64,000 nucleotides of DNA from Takakia lepidozioides. Taxonomy: Eukaryota > Plantae > Bryophyta. Shown in pieces: positions 1 through 11,799 of the stretch. The stretch's first letter is position 1; each line of letters opens with the position of its first letter. The notes under the pieces are model-generated. The model ran no database searches and was not told the DNA's origin. It saw only the letters and a program-made list of their open reading frames with translations. Made by a program: the position numbers and the translations under genes. The stretch spans positions 56,668,001 to 56,732,000 of the forward strand of contig CM060731.1 of NCBI GenBank assembly GCA_030704615.1, written 5' to 3'.

Positions 1-129
1 AGCACAAGGAATGGGAAGTCTCACATTGGAGACGTCTCATCCAAAACAGTGACAGGTATTTTATGGGTCCTTATTTACTGGCCTCTGGGATGGTTTGAGA
101 CCGATTGGAAAGCCCATGCAGCCCTGGAT

Positions 130-751
130 GTATGCAGATGTCAGGAGCTGGAAAGGGAGCTGGAAACATGGATTGGTGATGAAGTCATCAGCATTGGCTA
201 TTGCTTGTTGGAAGTGCACTTCACCACACATGTGCCCACACTGCTGCAGCCGGTTTCCATGCACAGGCTCCAACTTACCTTTGATTCCGCTACACTTGCC
301 TTCCAAGAAGCTCAGGTTTCACTCAACACTTCTGGCCATAGCCCATGTCACTAATTATTCCATATTCCACGGATGAATGATGAATATTATTATTATCCAT
401 AGTCCGTTTCCTTCCATAATGAGACTAGTCCATAGTAATGTTCATTAATAGCAACAGATGCAGGGTGTATGCAATTTCAGTATTTTAGAGCGACTACATG
501 TAGGAGCACTGTCTCTGTCTCATGCCAACTAATTATGGACCATAGGAAGCAAATTTGAAGTCTTGACCATGTACTGTGGGATGATGCAGCTCAATCCAGA
601 AGATGTACCAATAGAGGACATTGTGTCTGAAGCCACGCTAAAATTCAGTTCTGTACCTCGCATATCAAATGGACGAGAAAAATTTGTCAAGCAACTTTTA
701 TTCATGGTGGCTCAAGTGCAGCATCGCCTGAGAGCCCATTTGCTCAAGATG
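130..751 (+). CDS. Internal/3' exons of a multi-exon gene entering from the left edge; possibly a ZWINT1-like/RWD-type kinetochore protein
   Basis: Two exon-like segments (..HRLQLTFDSATLAFQEAQ|GT at ~316; AG|LNPEDVPIEDIVSEA..VAQVQHRL..KM|GT ~590-751) with canonical splice sites. The family call rests on remembered similarity only. Confidence 0.35.
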
Positions 752-2551
752 GTCTATATTGGCCCTCTTGAATAATGTGATACTTTGTATGCATTCAGGG
801 GGGAGATATACCAATCTGAAGGATGTGCGCTTCACATTTGTTATAGCAGCTCACGGAATGTCCAATATTGTGACAGTTGCATTAGTGGCACAAACAATGT
901 CCTTCATGCATGTCGTGCCTTTCACCAGTAATACAAGAACAACAACATCTTGGAATCATCCCACTCCACTTGGTAGATGCTGACTCTCCACGCTTTGCAT
1001 GTATCTCATTGACACCAAGATTTACTTTGTGTAAGTTGGAGGACTTCTGGTCTGAATTGCATGTGTTGGCTTCCGGGCTGCATGGCCAATCAGCATGTTC
1101 CAGTTATGCTAGAAATATTGAGATTTCGAAGATGTTGCAATCCTTTCTGCAGAGTGAGGTCTGAATCTCGGGTCATGAGGCCCACTGCCCGTGGCAGTGT
1201 GACCCACCCATTACGCGGGCACCAGGCCGGAGGATACTTACCTTACTCCTCTCAGAAACGTGCCTGGACCTCTCACCTCAACACCCATCCAACAGTCATT
1301 ACATAGAATGGAGGCAAGACCCCCACATTACTTGCATAAACACTCTCCCTGTATGTCAAGACGTCAAGACCTTCTGCCCCCCCTTTAGACCACCGCACTG
1401 TCCCAAGTTGGAGGGGAAGCGTCACATCATGCAGCAGATTAACGAGCCAGGCTGTAGAGCTGAAGTGGGTATCCAGCTAGGCAGTCCCCGGTCTGGTACC
1501 CTTGCGAGTACTGGCTACGATGTCTTCCCAGTCTCGGGGAAATCGAAGCAAGGTACGGACAGGTAATTTTTGTGCGCAATTGGTCTTTGATCTGTTTGAG
1601 ACGGTGCAATCCAGGTCCGATATTGTGCTTGACAAATCCTAGGTGTCCTCTTGGTCGAAAAATGTCGATTTATGGGGATACAGTGTACTTAGCATTCTCG
1701 CCCTCCTTCCATCAACTGCTTTAGTACCTACTGGAATGTCTTGGAATGTCTGAATTCATCGTCTTTCCATTGACTGCAAGAGAGAGATGCAGAGGGCTGA
1801 CCCTATTTTGGGAAAATTTCCACCAGCCTGTAATCACGTTTAGAGTATGATAAGACTTCCGCATAGGCAAGTCCCACTGCAAAGTCCAAAAGATGCAATT
1901 TAGTCCTTAGTGTGGAGGGACGCTGACCACGATTGCATCACACGTCAATGCGGTCCCTTTGGAGCAATGCAGAGCAATAGTCGTCAATGACGCTGTGGGG
2001 TCGAGAGAGATGTGCTCACTGCGGAGGTCGGTGGGACACAGGAAGAAAAATATTAGTCCCCAGGAGGTCCAAATGGGCGTCCATGAGAAAGAGATAGTCA
2101 GATCTTTAAGGGAAGTCTATGGTAGACGTTCTCAGTAAGATTCACGTTTACAATCTAAGATGTATGTTTAAATCGATCTTTGTATGCAGGCCAAATAATG
2201 AGCACAGATTGTCTCTGGAAGGATTTCTTCTCAGATCCTTCACAGTGGTGGCACGTCAGGTGTGATAAGGTGAAGCTTTGTTTTTATATATGTACATATA
2301 TACATAAGGGGATAGACTTTGCCAGGGTGGGCGTGTGACTGAAGCTGGCAAGATGATGTTTTGTGGACTGGAGTGGGACTGGATTGTACCTGCAGTAGTG
2401 GGCATGAATTTGTCTCGAAAAAAGAACAAAAAATGGGGCGTTAGTTTTGCTATTAGTAGGTTGTCCTTCATTTTGAGCTGGCATGTGAGTAGCTCAAGGT
2501 TGTCCCCTGTTATGTGAAAGATACTTGGAGCGTTGGTGGCTCTAGCCTGTC

Positions 2552-4840
2552 ATGCTAGGCTATGGTTGGAACTACGGCTGCTCAACTGCACAAGCTTGGA
2601 TTTCACAGAAATCTCCAAGATCACGAGATCTCAGACAGCGCACAAAGGAGGCCCTTTGGATAGATGCTTGGTTGAACCCTCGTTGGGTGAAAGCAGAGCT
2701 CACTGTAATACTACAAGGTGAAGAACAATGTGAGGATGTGAAGAGATTATGTACGGCAGGACAACCGGAAGCAGCCCTTCACATGAACCAGCAAGGCATT
2801 TCCGCAGTCTCTGATACTTTTGTATGTCTCTTGCGAGATTGCATCAACATGCAAAAACTAGCTGAGGGAAAAGAGGTGCACGCCCAGATTATCACAAGTG
2901 GATTAAAGCCGAACACCTTTTTACTCAACACCCTTGTCAATATGTATGCCAAGTGCGGAAGTGTGTTGGACGCCCGGCAAGTGTTTGACAGAATGCCTGA
3001 ACGAGATATTTTTACCTGGAATACAATGATAGCAGGATATGCCAAGCATGGTTATTGCAGGGAGGCCATCAAAATGTATGAGCAAATGATACGAGAAGGG
3101 ATGATCCCCAACAAGGTGACGTTCACTTGCATTCTCAAGGCATGTGCCGGCCTGGCAGCCCTGCAAACGGGCATCGAGGTACACAAAGACATGATCAAAG
3201 CTGTTCCTGTGCCAGATGTCATTCTGGAGACTGCCCTTGTTGACATGTATGCCAAATGTGGGGGCATGAAGGATGCATGTGAAGTGTTCAACAATATGAC
3301 TAAACGGAATGTGGTCTCATGGAATGTCATGCTGACAGGCTATGCTCAGCACGGTTATGGTATGGAGGCTTTCAAGATGTACAAGCAAATGATACAGGAG
3401 GAGGTGACCCGCACCAAAGGCTCATTCATTGGTGTTCTCAATGCATGTGCCAGCCAAGGAACCCTGGATGAAGGCAAAGAGGTCCATGCTGACATCCGCA
3501 AAAGTGGAATTGTGCCTGATATCGTTCTAGAGAATACCCTCGTGAACATGTATGCCAAATGTGGGAGTGTACTTGATGCACGTCATGTGTTCAACAATAT
3601 GGCCACACGAGATGTGGTCTCGTGGAATGCAATGATTGCAGGATATTCTCAGCATGGATGTGGCAGGGAGGCCATTGAGATGTATGAGCAAATGATACGG
3701 AAGGGGGTGAAGCCTGACACAATTACATTTATTTGCATTATCAATGCGTGTGCCATCCTAGGAGCCTTGGGAAAGGGCAAGGAGGTCCACTTTGACATCA
3801 TGAAAGCTGGCATTGTGCAAGATACCATTTTGGAGACTGCCCTTGTCAACATGTATGCCACATGCGGGAATATGAAAGATGCACGTCAAGTGTTCAACAA
3901 TATGGCTGAAAAAGATGTGATCTCCTGGAATGCAATGATCACTGGTTATGGTCAGCATGGTTTTGGTAGGGAAACTCTGCAATTATTTGCACAAATGCAA
4001 GAGGAAGGCTTGAAGCCGGACAGTACCACATTTATATCTCTTCTATCTTCATGCAGCCATGTGGGCCTAGTGGATGAAGGTTGTCACTACTTTGACTCTA
4101 TGAGTCAGGAGCATGGTCTCACTCCTACAGTGGAGCACTTTGGCTGCATGGTGGACCTTCTTGGCCGTGCAGGGCGATTAGATGAGGCAGAGGACTTTAT
4201 TAACAAAATGCCAATAGAACCAGGTGCTGTGGTGTGGGGCACCTTGCTTGGTGCCTGCAGAATTCATGGCAATGTGGAGGTAGCAGAACGTGCAGCAAAA
4301 TGCCGTCTTCAGTGGGATCCACAGCATGCTCCAACTTATGTGCTGCTCTCAAACATCTATGCTGCTGCTGGCAGGTGGGATGACACAGCAAAGGTGAGAA
4401 AAATGATGCATGTCAGAGGTGTCAGAAAGGAGCCAGGGCGCAGCTGTATTGAGGTGGATAAACAAGTGCATACATTCATTGTAGATGACAAGTTTCATCC
4501 ACAAATTGGGGAAATCCATACTGAGTTGAAGAGGTTGTCTAGGCAGATGAAGGAGGCTGGGTATGTGCCTGATACTCACTTTGTATTGCATGATATGGAG
4601 GAGGAGCAAAAGGAATTCTCTCTCGGCCACCACAGTGAGAAGCTGGCCATTGCTTTTGGGCTCATCAGCACGCCCGCTGGGCTACCTATCCGCATCATCA
4701 AAAACCTTCGGATATGTGGTGACTGCCATGCTGCCACCAAGTTCATCTCGAAGATTGCTGGGCGAGCAGTTGTTGTACGAGATGCCTACCGCTTTCACCA
4801 CTTCCAAGATGGGGTTTGTTCTTGTGGGGATTACTGGTGA
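2552..4840 (+). CDS. PLS-class pentatricopeptide repeat protein with E/E+/DYW deaminase domain (organellar C-to-U RNA editing factor)
   Basis: Intronless 762-aa ORF with repeated L/S/P motifs (LVNMYAKCG..DVVSWNAMI), PG box PGRSCIEV, HSEKLA, CGDCH and terminal CSCGDYW. Confidence 0.97.
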   Translation: MLGYGWNYGCSTAQAWISQKSPRSRDLRQRTKEALWIDAWLNPRWVKAELTVILQGEEQCEDVKRLCTAGQPEAALHMNQQGISAVSDTFVCLLRDCINMQKLAEGKEVHAQIITSGLKPNTFLLNTLVNMYAKCGSVLDARQVFDRMPERDIFTWNTMIAGYAKHGYCREAIKMYEQMIREGMIPNKVTFTCILKACAGLAALQTGIEVHKDMIKAVPVPDVILETALVDMYAKCGGMKDACEVFNNMTKRNVVSWNVMLTGYAQHGYGMEAFKMYKQMIQEEVTRTKGSFIGVLNACASQGTLDEGKEVHADIRKSGIVPDIVLENTLVNMYAKCGSVLDARHVFNNMATRDVVSWNAMIAGYSQHGCGREAIEMYEQMIRKGVKPDTITFICIINACAILGALGKGKEVHFDIMKAGIVQDTILETALVNMYATCGNMKDARQVFNNMAEKDVISWNAMITGYGQHGFGRETLQLFAQMQEEGLKPDSTTFISLLSSCSHVGLVDEGCHYFDSMSQEHGLTPTVEHFGCMVDLLGRAGRLDEAEDFINKMPIEPGAVVWGTLLGACRIHGNVEVAERAAKCRLQWDPQHAPTYVLLSNIYAAAGRWDDTAKVRKMMHVRGVRKEPGRSCIEVDKQVHTFIVDDKFHPQIGEIHTELKRLSRQMKEAGYVPDTHFVLHDMEEEQKEFSLGHHSEKLAIAFGLISTPAGLPIRIIKNLRICGDCHAATKFISKIAGRAVVVRDAYRFHHFQDGVCSCGDYW

Positions 4841-7374
4841 ACCAAGCAACATGGGCGAAAAGAAAGTGCGCCGCTTCAAAAATGACAGCAGATCTGACCT
4901 CTCACTCACACATTATCTTCCACAAGCACGGCTATTAACCCAGCATTCGGGTCAAAGAATTTCAGTTTATGGCCATTGCAAGGACTGCAGAGGAAGGTGT
5001 GTGCGATTTCAAGACACCCTTGACCTGCTTCCATCAGCTCTCTCAATAAACCCTGAAATCCAACATCTTCTTGCTGTTCATCAATGAAAGAGAAACAGAG
5101 AGATTCCTTAGCTTGCTTTACGGCCTATCATCTGTGCAATGTCCTGGGTTTCGGGAAATTAAACAGCAGGTTCTCAGGCTGTGAGTGATGATTGTGGCTT
5201 TCTCCAAGCCCATATAAATCCTATCCCAAGCTCCAAGCGGTACAAACATTTTGAGTTCACCCCAGACTTTGAAGGGCTGTTTACCAGAGATGTGACACAC
5301 ATTGTTGTGGTCTGTCTGCAGCATGGCAGCACCACAACTGTCAGTCACACAGGGAGAATATCAGTCTTGAAAGATGTTCACATCGACAGTTCCTTGTGAA
5401 CATTGGCTCAACCTACATTTGAGGGCATTGTGCGACAACTACATGCCCAATTACATTTCTTTGAAGTTTGCATTTTACTGTGAAGCGTCTACATCAATCT
5501 GAGACTGGAGGTCTTTGGCCACTCTTGCCTCACTATCTACCTTAGATGAAGGGTAAGCCTACTGAGGAATATTTGAGGGTGACTGATGTAAGACCTCATC
5601 GTCGGCCTCCTCAACTCTCTCTACAGGTCCTGCCTCACCCCCCATCTTTACACTCTTGCGTCCACCTCCCTAGCTGCTGTTTGTAGAAACTTCCTCACTC
5701 TCTCCTTCGAATAATGTTTTGCCTCCCTCACCAAAGAAGTTGCTAACTCTGATTGCCTGAACCTCGACATCTGTATGCTTTGCTGAGCAGCGTGCATGTC
5801 AATCCTCCCAGAGCCAGTTGAACTTCTTTGTGATAAAGCTAAAGTGGAAGGAGGCATGGGTGGGATGGAAGATGCAATATTCAATGGTGCTGGGTCATTG
5901 GCCATTCCAGACCTCACTAATGTCTCCATGACAAATGTAAGCCCATTTTCTCCTAGGTCACCTAGGTCAGTTTCTCATAGTTAAAGCACTGTTCCTAGAA
6001 AAACTTAATTAATGGTCAATTTAGTTTGCGGGGCAATTCTGTGGCGTTAACTACAATTTTCACCAAGGGGGAGGAAATGTTGTTGGGCCTGGATTACATG
6101 CAGGGTGCAGGTGCCAGCATAGACTCAGTGTCGAATGTGATGATTTTGTAACATAAAGGATAGTCGTGCAGAAGGTACCTTCGAATCATGTTCTAATTTC
6201 ACAGGGACAGGGCTAAGCTCTTAGGCAGTTTAAGTTCCTTTCTCTTTCTTTTCTGTCTGAGCCGATGTCTTGTGTCTTGTAGCAGTGATGGAATGAACAG
6301 TCATTTTCTAATATGTTGTTTGTACTACCTCTCACATCAAATTTCCTATGACCAGATTGTTGTTGTGGGATGCCTCATGCAAGTCTCCCTGTCAGGATTT
6401 AAGATGTGATGACTCAGTAATTCTGCAGGTACACTGCTTCCCCTTGCAATTTCCAGACATGCGCTTCTTTGTTAAGCCAGAAGGCTACTCTTGCCATGTT
6501 GTGCACCACCGTTTCTTTCGCCATGAGGGTGTGTAGGATAGGAAATGCTCCCTTGTTCTCACAGGATCGTTGCTCCTGTAGGAAGTCATCTCCAGGGTAA
6601 TGACCACGTCTCACTCGGTAATACGAAATGAACGTGAAGCACACCATTTTCTGTTCCCTATTTTGTGTCAAAGATATGCTTGTCGCTATCCAGAGGAGGC
6701 TTAATGTTAGTGAGCACAGCAGCGATCCCACCCCTTAACTATTTCCCATGTCTGCAGGAGTCTGTAGGTCACGAGCATATTGATCTTGATGATAACTTTG
6801 TCAATTCGATGTGTGGCAAAGAGGAACAAATGAGTGTGGTCTTACATTCCTGGCTCATGTATACCGTACATTTCATCAATGGGAGATGTAGGCCCCGAGG
6901 CTGAGATGGAAGTGGTGAAGGAGAATGTGGTCCACCCACAGTATTGGCCATTGTGAAGGTTGATTCCTGTTTCCTATCTCCTGCTTCCCTTTTTAATGGA
7001 GAAGAATCCAAATCAGCCTTCAGAAGCATACTAGATTGGATGCTCACAGTTTAAATGGCTCGTAAGGTCCATGTGTAACATATCTCAAAGGTCTTTGTCT
7101 AAACATAATTTCCGTCACATTTGAATGTAGTTTCTCTTGATGAAGATGACTTATTCTGTTATGTGCATGGTACCTCCAATAGATTTGGACCCTGGTCCCA
7201 ATGTCTTTGGCTGACCAGACTGGGTACCTGGGTTTTCAAGTCTCAATGGAAAGAAATGTCACTAGGTAACACAGTTACCCAAGTCCGTTACAAACTGCGC
7301 ACCTCCAAACCAAACAGTATTGAGGTTTAGGCACACATTCTGGCTGACTTCTTTCTTAACTTCGCATTGGATTC

Positions 7375-7870
7375 AGGTTTGAGTAGTTGGGGAAATATTC
7401 CCTTTTATATAATAAATACGTCCCTTCAAAAAGTTGGGAGTTGGTGAATGCATTAGCTCTAGAATTACTACGGTTATCCGAGTAGCAAGGTAGCATCTAA
7501 GAAAGTATAACTGATTTAATGAGCTATTCGTAGTTTCATAGTACAAAATAGTTAACACTTACACATGTGTCTCTTTTGGAAGTGATTTTTGTGTGCTACC
7601 AAGTCAAGTTAGGTCATGGGAGGTGTGTTGTGAAACTGCCTTTGCTGGAAAAGTTCTGCCACAAAATATTGGACCTCTTTTTACCTTGCACTTGGAAATA
7701 CTCCTGCTACAAAGTATGTAAAGCAGATTATTCCAACCATCACACTTTCTTGCTAGAGTGAGTTGTGATTCAAAGGCACAAGTGCACACCGCACACACTG
7801 CTTTCATCACTGATAATACTTTCGAGTAAGTAAGAGCTGCGCACAAAAAGGTTGATGCAGCAGAGGAAGC
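7375..7870. repeat. Diverged ~0.5-kb segment duplicated at ~12334-12857, downstream of each PPR gene
   Basis: Shared colinear anchors GTAGTTGGGGAAA, TAACTGATTTAATGAGC, GCTACCAAGTCAAG, TGCCACAAAATATTGG, GATGCAGCAGAGGAAG at both loci. Confidence 0.8.
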
Positions 7871-9201
7871 TCCCTCTCCTCACCTTGAATACTTTGTGAG
7901 TGCTAAAGTGCCACTGTCATGCCCGCATACTTCGTAACAATTGTCCGCAAGAAGCAAAACATCGACTCTGCAACTGATAAGCCACAGTAAGCAAGGAGTT
8001 CTCCCCTCCATTCGCAATTTCCTTCTGCTGCTCATGCAACACATACGATCTCTCCTCACTGAAGCCGTGCCAATTTTGTTGGATGCGCCAATTTTTGTCT
8101 CCATTGTCTATGTTTTCGGACATCCAGGACACATTTTAGTAATACTCGTACCCAGCAATCTTAGCAAACTAGACTCAAACTTTGCATGTTTCGTCACCAA
8201 CCTTTCTTCTAATTACCGAGACCTCAATGTCCTTGGCACAATGATAAAAATTCTCCTTGACATCAGAGACATACCTTGCAAGCAGTTGGAAGAAAGAGAA
8301 GGAAAGATGCATGCCTGGTAAGCAGCCAAGACCCGGACAAAATGGGCAGTGATTGAGGGATGGGCAGATGATGACTGCAAGTCAGAATGTGTTGCTTTTG
8401 GTAGCTTTCAAAATGCAGCTCGAATGCTTTTGAGACTACAATCTCTTTGCAAACCTAATATCGTGTATGCATTTTCGTCTCAAGTCCTCCATGTAGAGCA
8501 GGCCCGTACCCACCAGCTTTGTCCTCACCGTGCAACTGAATTGCCGCAGGCAGCCATAGCCGTCGCCATTATTCTGTCCTGTGATAGGAAGTCAATGTGA
8601 GTGCTTCCCGCATCGCCCCACGGAATGTGATTTGTGTGTTCTGGTCCTTGATCCTTGGTGTATGGTCTGTCATTGCAGTAGTTGATGCAGTTTTGAGTAT
8701 GTGAGTGCTTGTAGCTGATGATGTGGTGGAGGGGGAACGGGATGCGAAGGCCTAAGAGGAAGGGAGGAAGAATGAAAGAAAGGAGATATATGAGTATTTC
8801 GTGTTTGTTGTTTTGGATTCCTTTGTGTTCTGCAATTCGGTTTCTGGTTTCAAACTTCTGCGGTGGTCTTCCGTAGGTGCATTTAGGTCATGGAGGATTC
8901 GGAGTATAGGACACGGGTGAGACCTCAAAATCCTGGCGATTTCAAATACTTCTTCAGTGACGTTTCATGGGTTTCCAGCGGCAGGCCTGCAGTATTCGGT
9001 ATGTTCCATTGTCATCCCCCTCTCAATTCTTCGCAGACTAGAACAAGCATGGGCTGCAGTTACTTGCAAAAGTCTAGTTGCTACTATGTAGTAACAATCC
9101 TGTACCTGAGATGAAATTATGTTGAAGTGTCTACATTGTTTAGCAGATGTGTAAGCAGTACTAGTTGAGGGTTGGCTCCTTGAATATTCTGAACCTCCAA
9201 C

Positions 9202-11799
9202 TTGAAGGCGCCATGCAGGGTGGTGGGACTTCACCTGTGGAGTCAGACTCAGTTGTTTGTTCGGCAACAGAGTGGAGGGAATGGCATTGGCCTTGGAATA
9301 TCCCCCATGAAGAGTGTTTCAAATCACGGGCAGAGAGAAAATGGAAGGTGGGAGGGAGTAAATGAGGACCTGTGGAGCGTTATGCCTACACAGTGTACTG
9401 AGGGACGATTGAAGGATCCAGTGCATATTTTGGATCTCATGGATCAAGGAGGCATCCAGGCACACTTGGACACCTACATTCATCTCTTGCAAGGGTGTAC
9501 CAAGTTGAAGTCCCTGGCACATGGCAAGCAAGTTCATTCCCACATCATCAAAAATGGATTTGAGACGGCATTCTTACTAGGGAACGCCCTTATCAACATG
9601 TATGCCAAGTGTGGGAGTATGGTGGACGCTCTCCAAGTGTTCGACAGAATGGTGAAACGAGATGTGGTCTCATGGACTGCAATGATTGCAGGATTTGCTC
9701 AGCAAGGGCTAAGTGAAGAGACCTTTCATTTTTTTCTACAAATGGAACAGGAAGGTGTGAAGCCAAACAGAGTCACCTTCCTCAGCATCCTTAATGCATG
9801 TGCTAGCCCAGCAGCTCTGGACCATGGCAAGTGGGTCCATGCCCGGATCATCAAAGCTGGATTTGAGTCAGATGTCCGTGTGGGCAATGCCCTTGTCAGC
9901 ATGTATTGCAAGTGCGGCAGTTTGGCAGATGCACGACAAATGTTTAAGAAAATGCCTATTCAAGATGTTGTCTCATGGACAGCAATAATTGCAGGATCTG
10001 CCCAACTTGGTCATGATGAGGAAGCTTTCCAACTCTTCCAGCAAATGCAAGAAAAAGAGGTGAAGCCAAACCGGGTCACCTTCATGAGCATCCTGAATGC
10101 ATGTGCTAGCCCAGAAGCTATTGCACAGGGGAAGCAGGTCCATACCAGCATCATCCAAGCTGGATTTGCATCAGATAATTGTGTAGGCAATGCCCTTGTC
10201 AGCATGTATGTTAAGTGTGGAAAGGTGGAGGATGCACAGCAAGTGTTTGACAAAATGCAAAATAGAGATGTAATCTCGTGGACCACAATGATTGCAGGAT
10301 TTGCTGAGCATGGTCGTGGTGAGGAGGCTTGGGATCTCTTTCAACAAATGCAACAAGTAGGCGTGAAGCCAAACAGGGTCACTTTCATGAGCATCCTCAA
10401 TGCATGTGCCAGCCCAGAAACTCTACAACAGGGCAAGGGGGTCCATATTCACATCATCAAAGCTGGATATGAATCAGATGTCCGTGTCGCCAATGCTCTG
10501 GTCAGCATGTATGTTAGGTGTGGGAGTATTATGGATGCTTACCAAGTGTTCAACAAAATGCTGAAACGAGATGTGGTCTCTTGGACTGCAATAATCACAG
10601 GATATACTCAGCTAGGTCAAAGTGAAGAGGTATTTGGACTCTTTCAGAAGATGCAAGGAGAAGGCATGAAGCCTGACAAGGTCACTTTTATTAGCATCCT
10701 CAATGCATGCGCCTGTCCCACAGCTCTGGAACAGGGCAAGTGGGTGCATGCCCAGGCCATGAAAGTTGGATTTGAGGCAGATACCTGTGTGGGGACTGCC
10801 CTTGTCAAGATGTATTGCAAGTGTGGAAGTGTGGTGGATGCACGCCAAGTGTTTGACAAGATGCACATGCGAGATGTACTCTCATGGACTGCTATGATTG
10901 CAGGATATGCTCAACATGGGTTTGGGAAGGAAGCCCTTCAAGTCTTTGCACAAATGCAAGTTGAAGGAGTGAAGCCAAACAAGGTCACCTTTGTTGCTGT
11001 ATTGTCTGCATGCAGCCATGCGGGTCTAGTGGATGAAGGCCATCACTTCTTTCATTCTATGACTCAAGATCATGGCGTCACACCAACAGTAGAGCACTAT
11101 GGCTGCATGGTTGACCTTCTTGGTCGTGCAGGGCACTTGGTTGAGGCAGAGGATTTAATCAGCAAATTGCCATTCAAACCAGGTGTTTCAATGTGGGGGG
11201 CCTTGCTTGGTGCCTGCAGAATACATGGAAATGTGGATCTAGCTAAACGAGCTGCAGAACGTGCTCTACAGTTGGAACCAGAAAATGCCGGAGTGTATGC
11301 ACTGCTATCAAACATCTATGCCACGGCTGGCAGATGGGACGATCGAGCAGAAGTGCGAAAACAAATGGAAGACAGAAGTCTGAAAAAGGAGGCAGGCCGC
11401 AGCTGGATTGAGGTCGAGAACATTGCACATTCATTTGTTTCAGGAGATAGATCACACCCTCAAACAGAAGAGATTTATGGGGAGTTGGAGGGTTTGAATA
11501 GGCAGATGAAGGAGGCAGGATATGTGCCAGACACACGATTTCTGTTGCATGATGTGGGTGATTGGCAGAAGGAACTGACTCTCTGCCATCATAGCGAAAA
11601 GCTTGCCATTGCTTTTGGGCTGATCAGCACACCCCCTGGGACCCCTATCCGCATCTTCAAGAACCTTCGGGTGTGTGGCGACTGCCACAACGCCAGCAAG
11701 ATCATCTCCAAGATTGTTGGGCGAGAAATAATTGCGAGGGACTCAAAGCGATATCATTACTTTCAGAATGGTGTGTGTTCTTGTGGTGATTATTGGTGA
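9202..11799 (+). CDS. PLS-class PPR-DYW protein, paralog of 2552-4840 (start codon uncertain; first in-frame ATG ~9307)
   Basis: 865-aa open frame with PLS triplets, AGRSWIEV, HHSEKLA, CGDCH, CSCGDYW and an N-terminal transit-peptide-like region. Confidence 0.97.
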   Translation: MKAPCRVVGLHLWSQTQLFVRQQSGGNGIGLGISPMKSVSNHGQRENGRWEGVNEDLWSVMPTQCTEGRLKDPVHILDLMDQGGIQAHLDTYIHLLQGCTKLKSLAHGKQVHSHIIKNGFETAFLLGNALINMYAKCGSMVDALQVFDRMVKRDVVSWTAMIAGFAQQGLSEETFHFFLQMEQEGVKPNRVTFLSILNACASPAALDHGKWVHARIIKAGFESDVRVGNALVSMYCKCGSLADARQMFKKMPIQDVVSWTAIIAGSAQLGHDEEAFQLFQQMQEKEVKPNRVTFMSILNACASPEAIAQGKQVHTSIIQAGFASDNCVGNALVSMYVKCGKVEDAQQVFDKMQNRDVISWTTMIAGFAEHGRGEEAWDLFQQMQQVGVKPNRVTFMSILNACASPETLQQGKGVHIHIIKAGYESDVRVANALVSMYVRCGSIMDAYQVFNKMLKRDVVSWTAIITGYTQLGQSEEVFGLFQKMQGEGMKPDKVTFISILNACACPTALEQGKWVHAQAMKVGFEADTCVGTALVKMYCKCGSVVDARQVFDKMHMRDVLSWTAMIAGYAQHGFGKEALQVFAQMQVEGVKPNKVTFVAVLSACSHAGLVDEGHHFFHSMTQDHGVTPTVEHYGCMVDLLGRAGHLVEAEDLISKLPFKPGVSMWGALLGACRIHGNVDLAKRAAERALQLEPENAGVYALLSNIYATAGRWDDRAEVRKQMEDRSLKKEAGRSWIEVENIAHSFVSGDRSHPQTEEIYGELEGLNRQMKEAGYVPDTRFLLHDVGDWQKELTLCHHSEKLAIAFGLISTPPGTPIRIFKNLRVCGDCHNASKIISKIVGREIIARDSKRYHYFQNGVCSCGDYW

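Noticed and set aside
1190-2130. Solo LTR (TGTGAC..GTCACA) and integrase-tail remnant
   Set aside because: No matching TSD and no convincing protein motif.
5100-8600. Minus-strand gene remnants between the PPR genes
   Set aside because: Short stop-ridden frames with no recognisable family or consistent exon chain.
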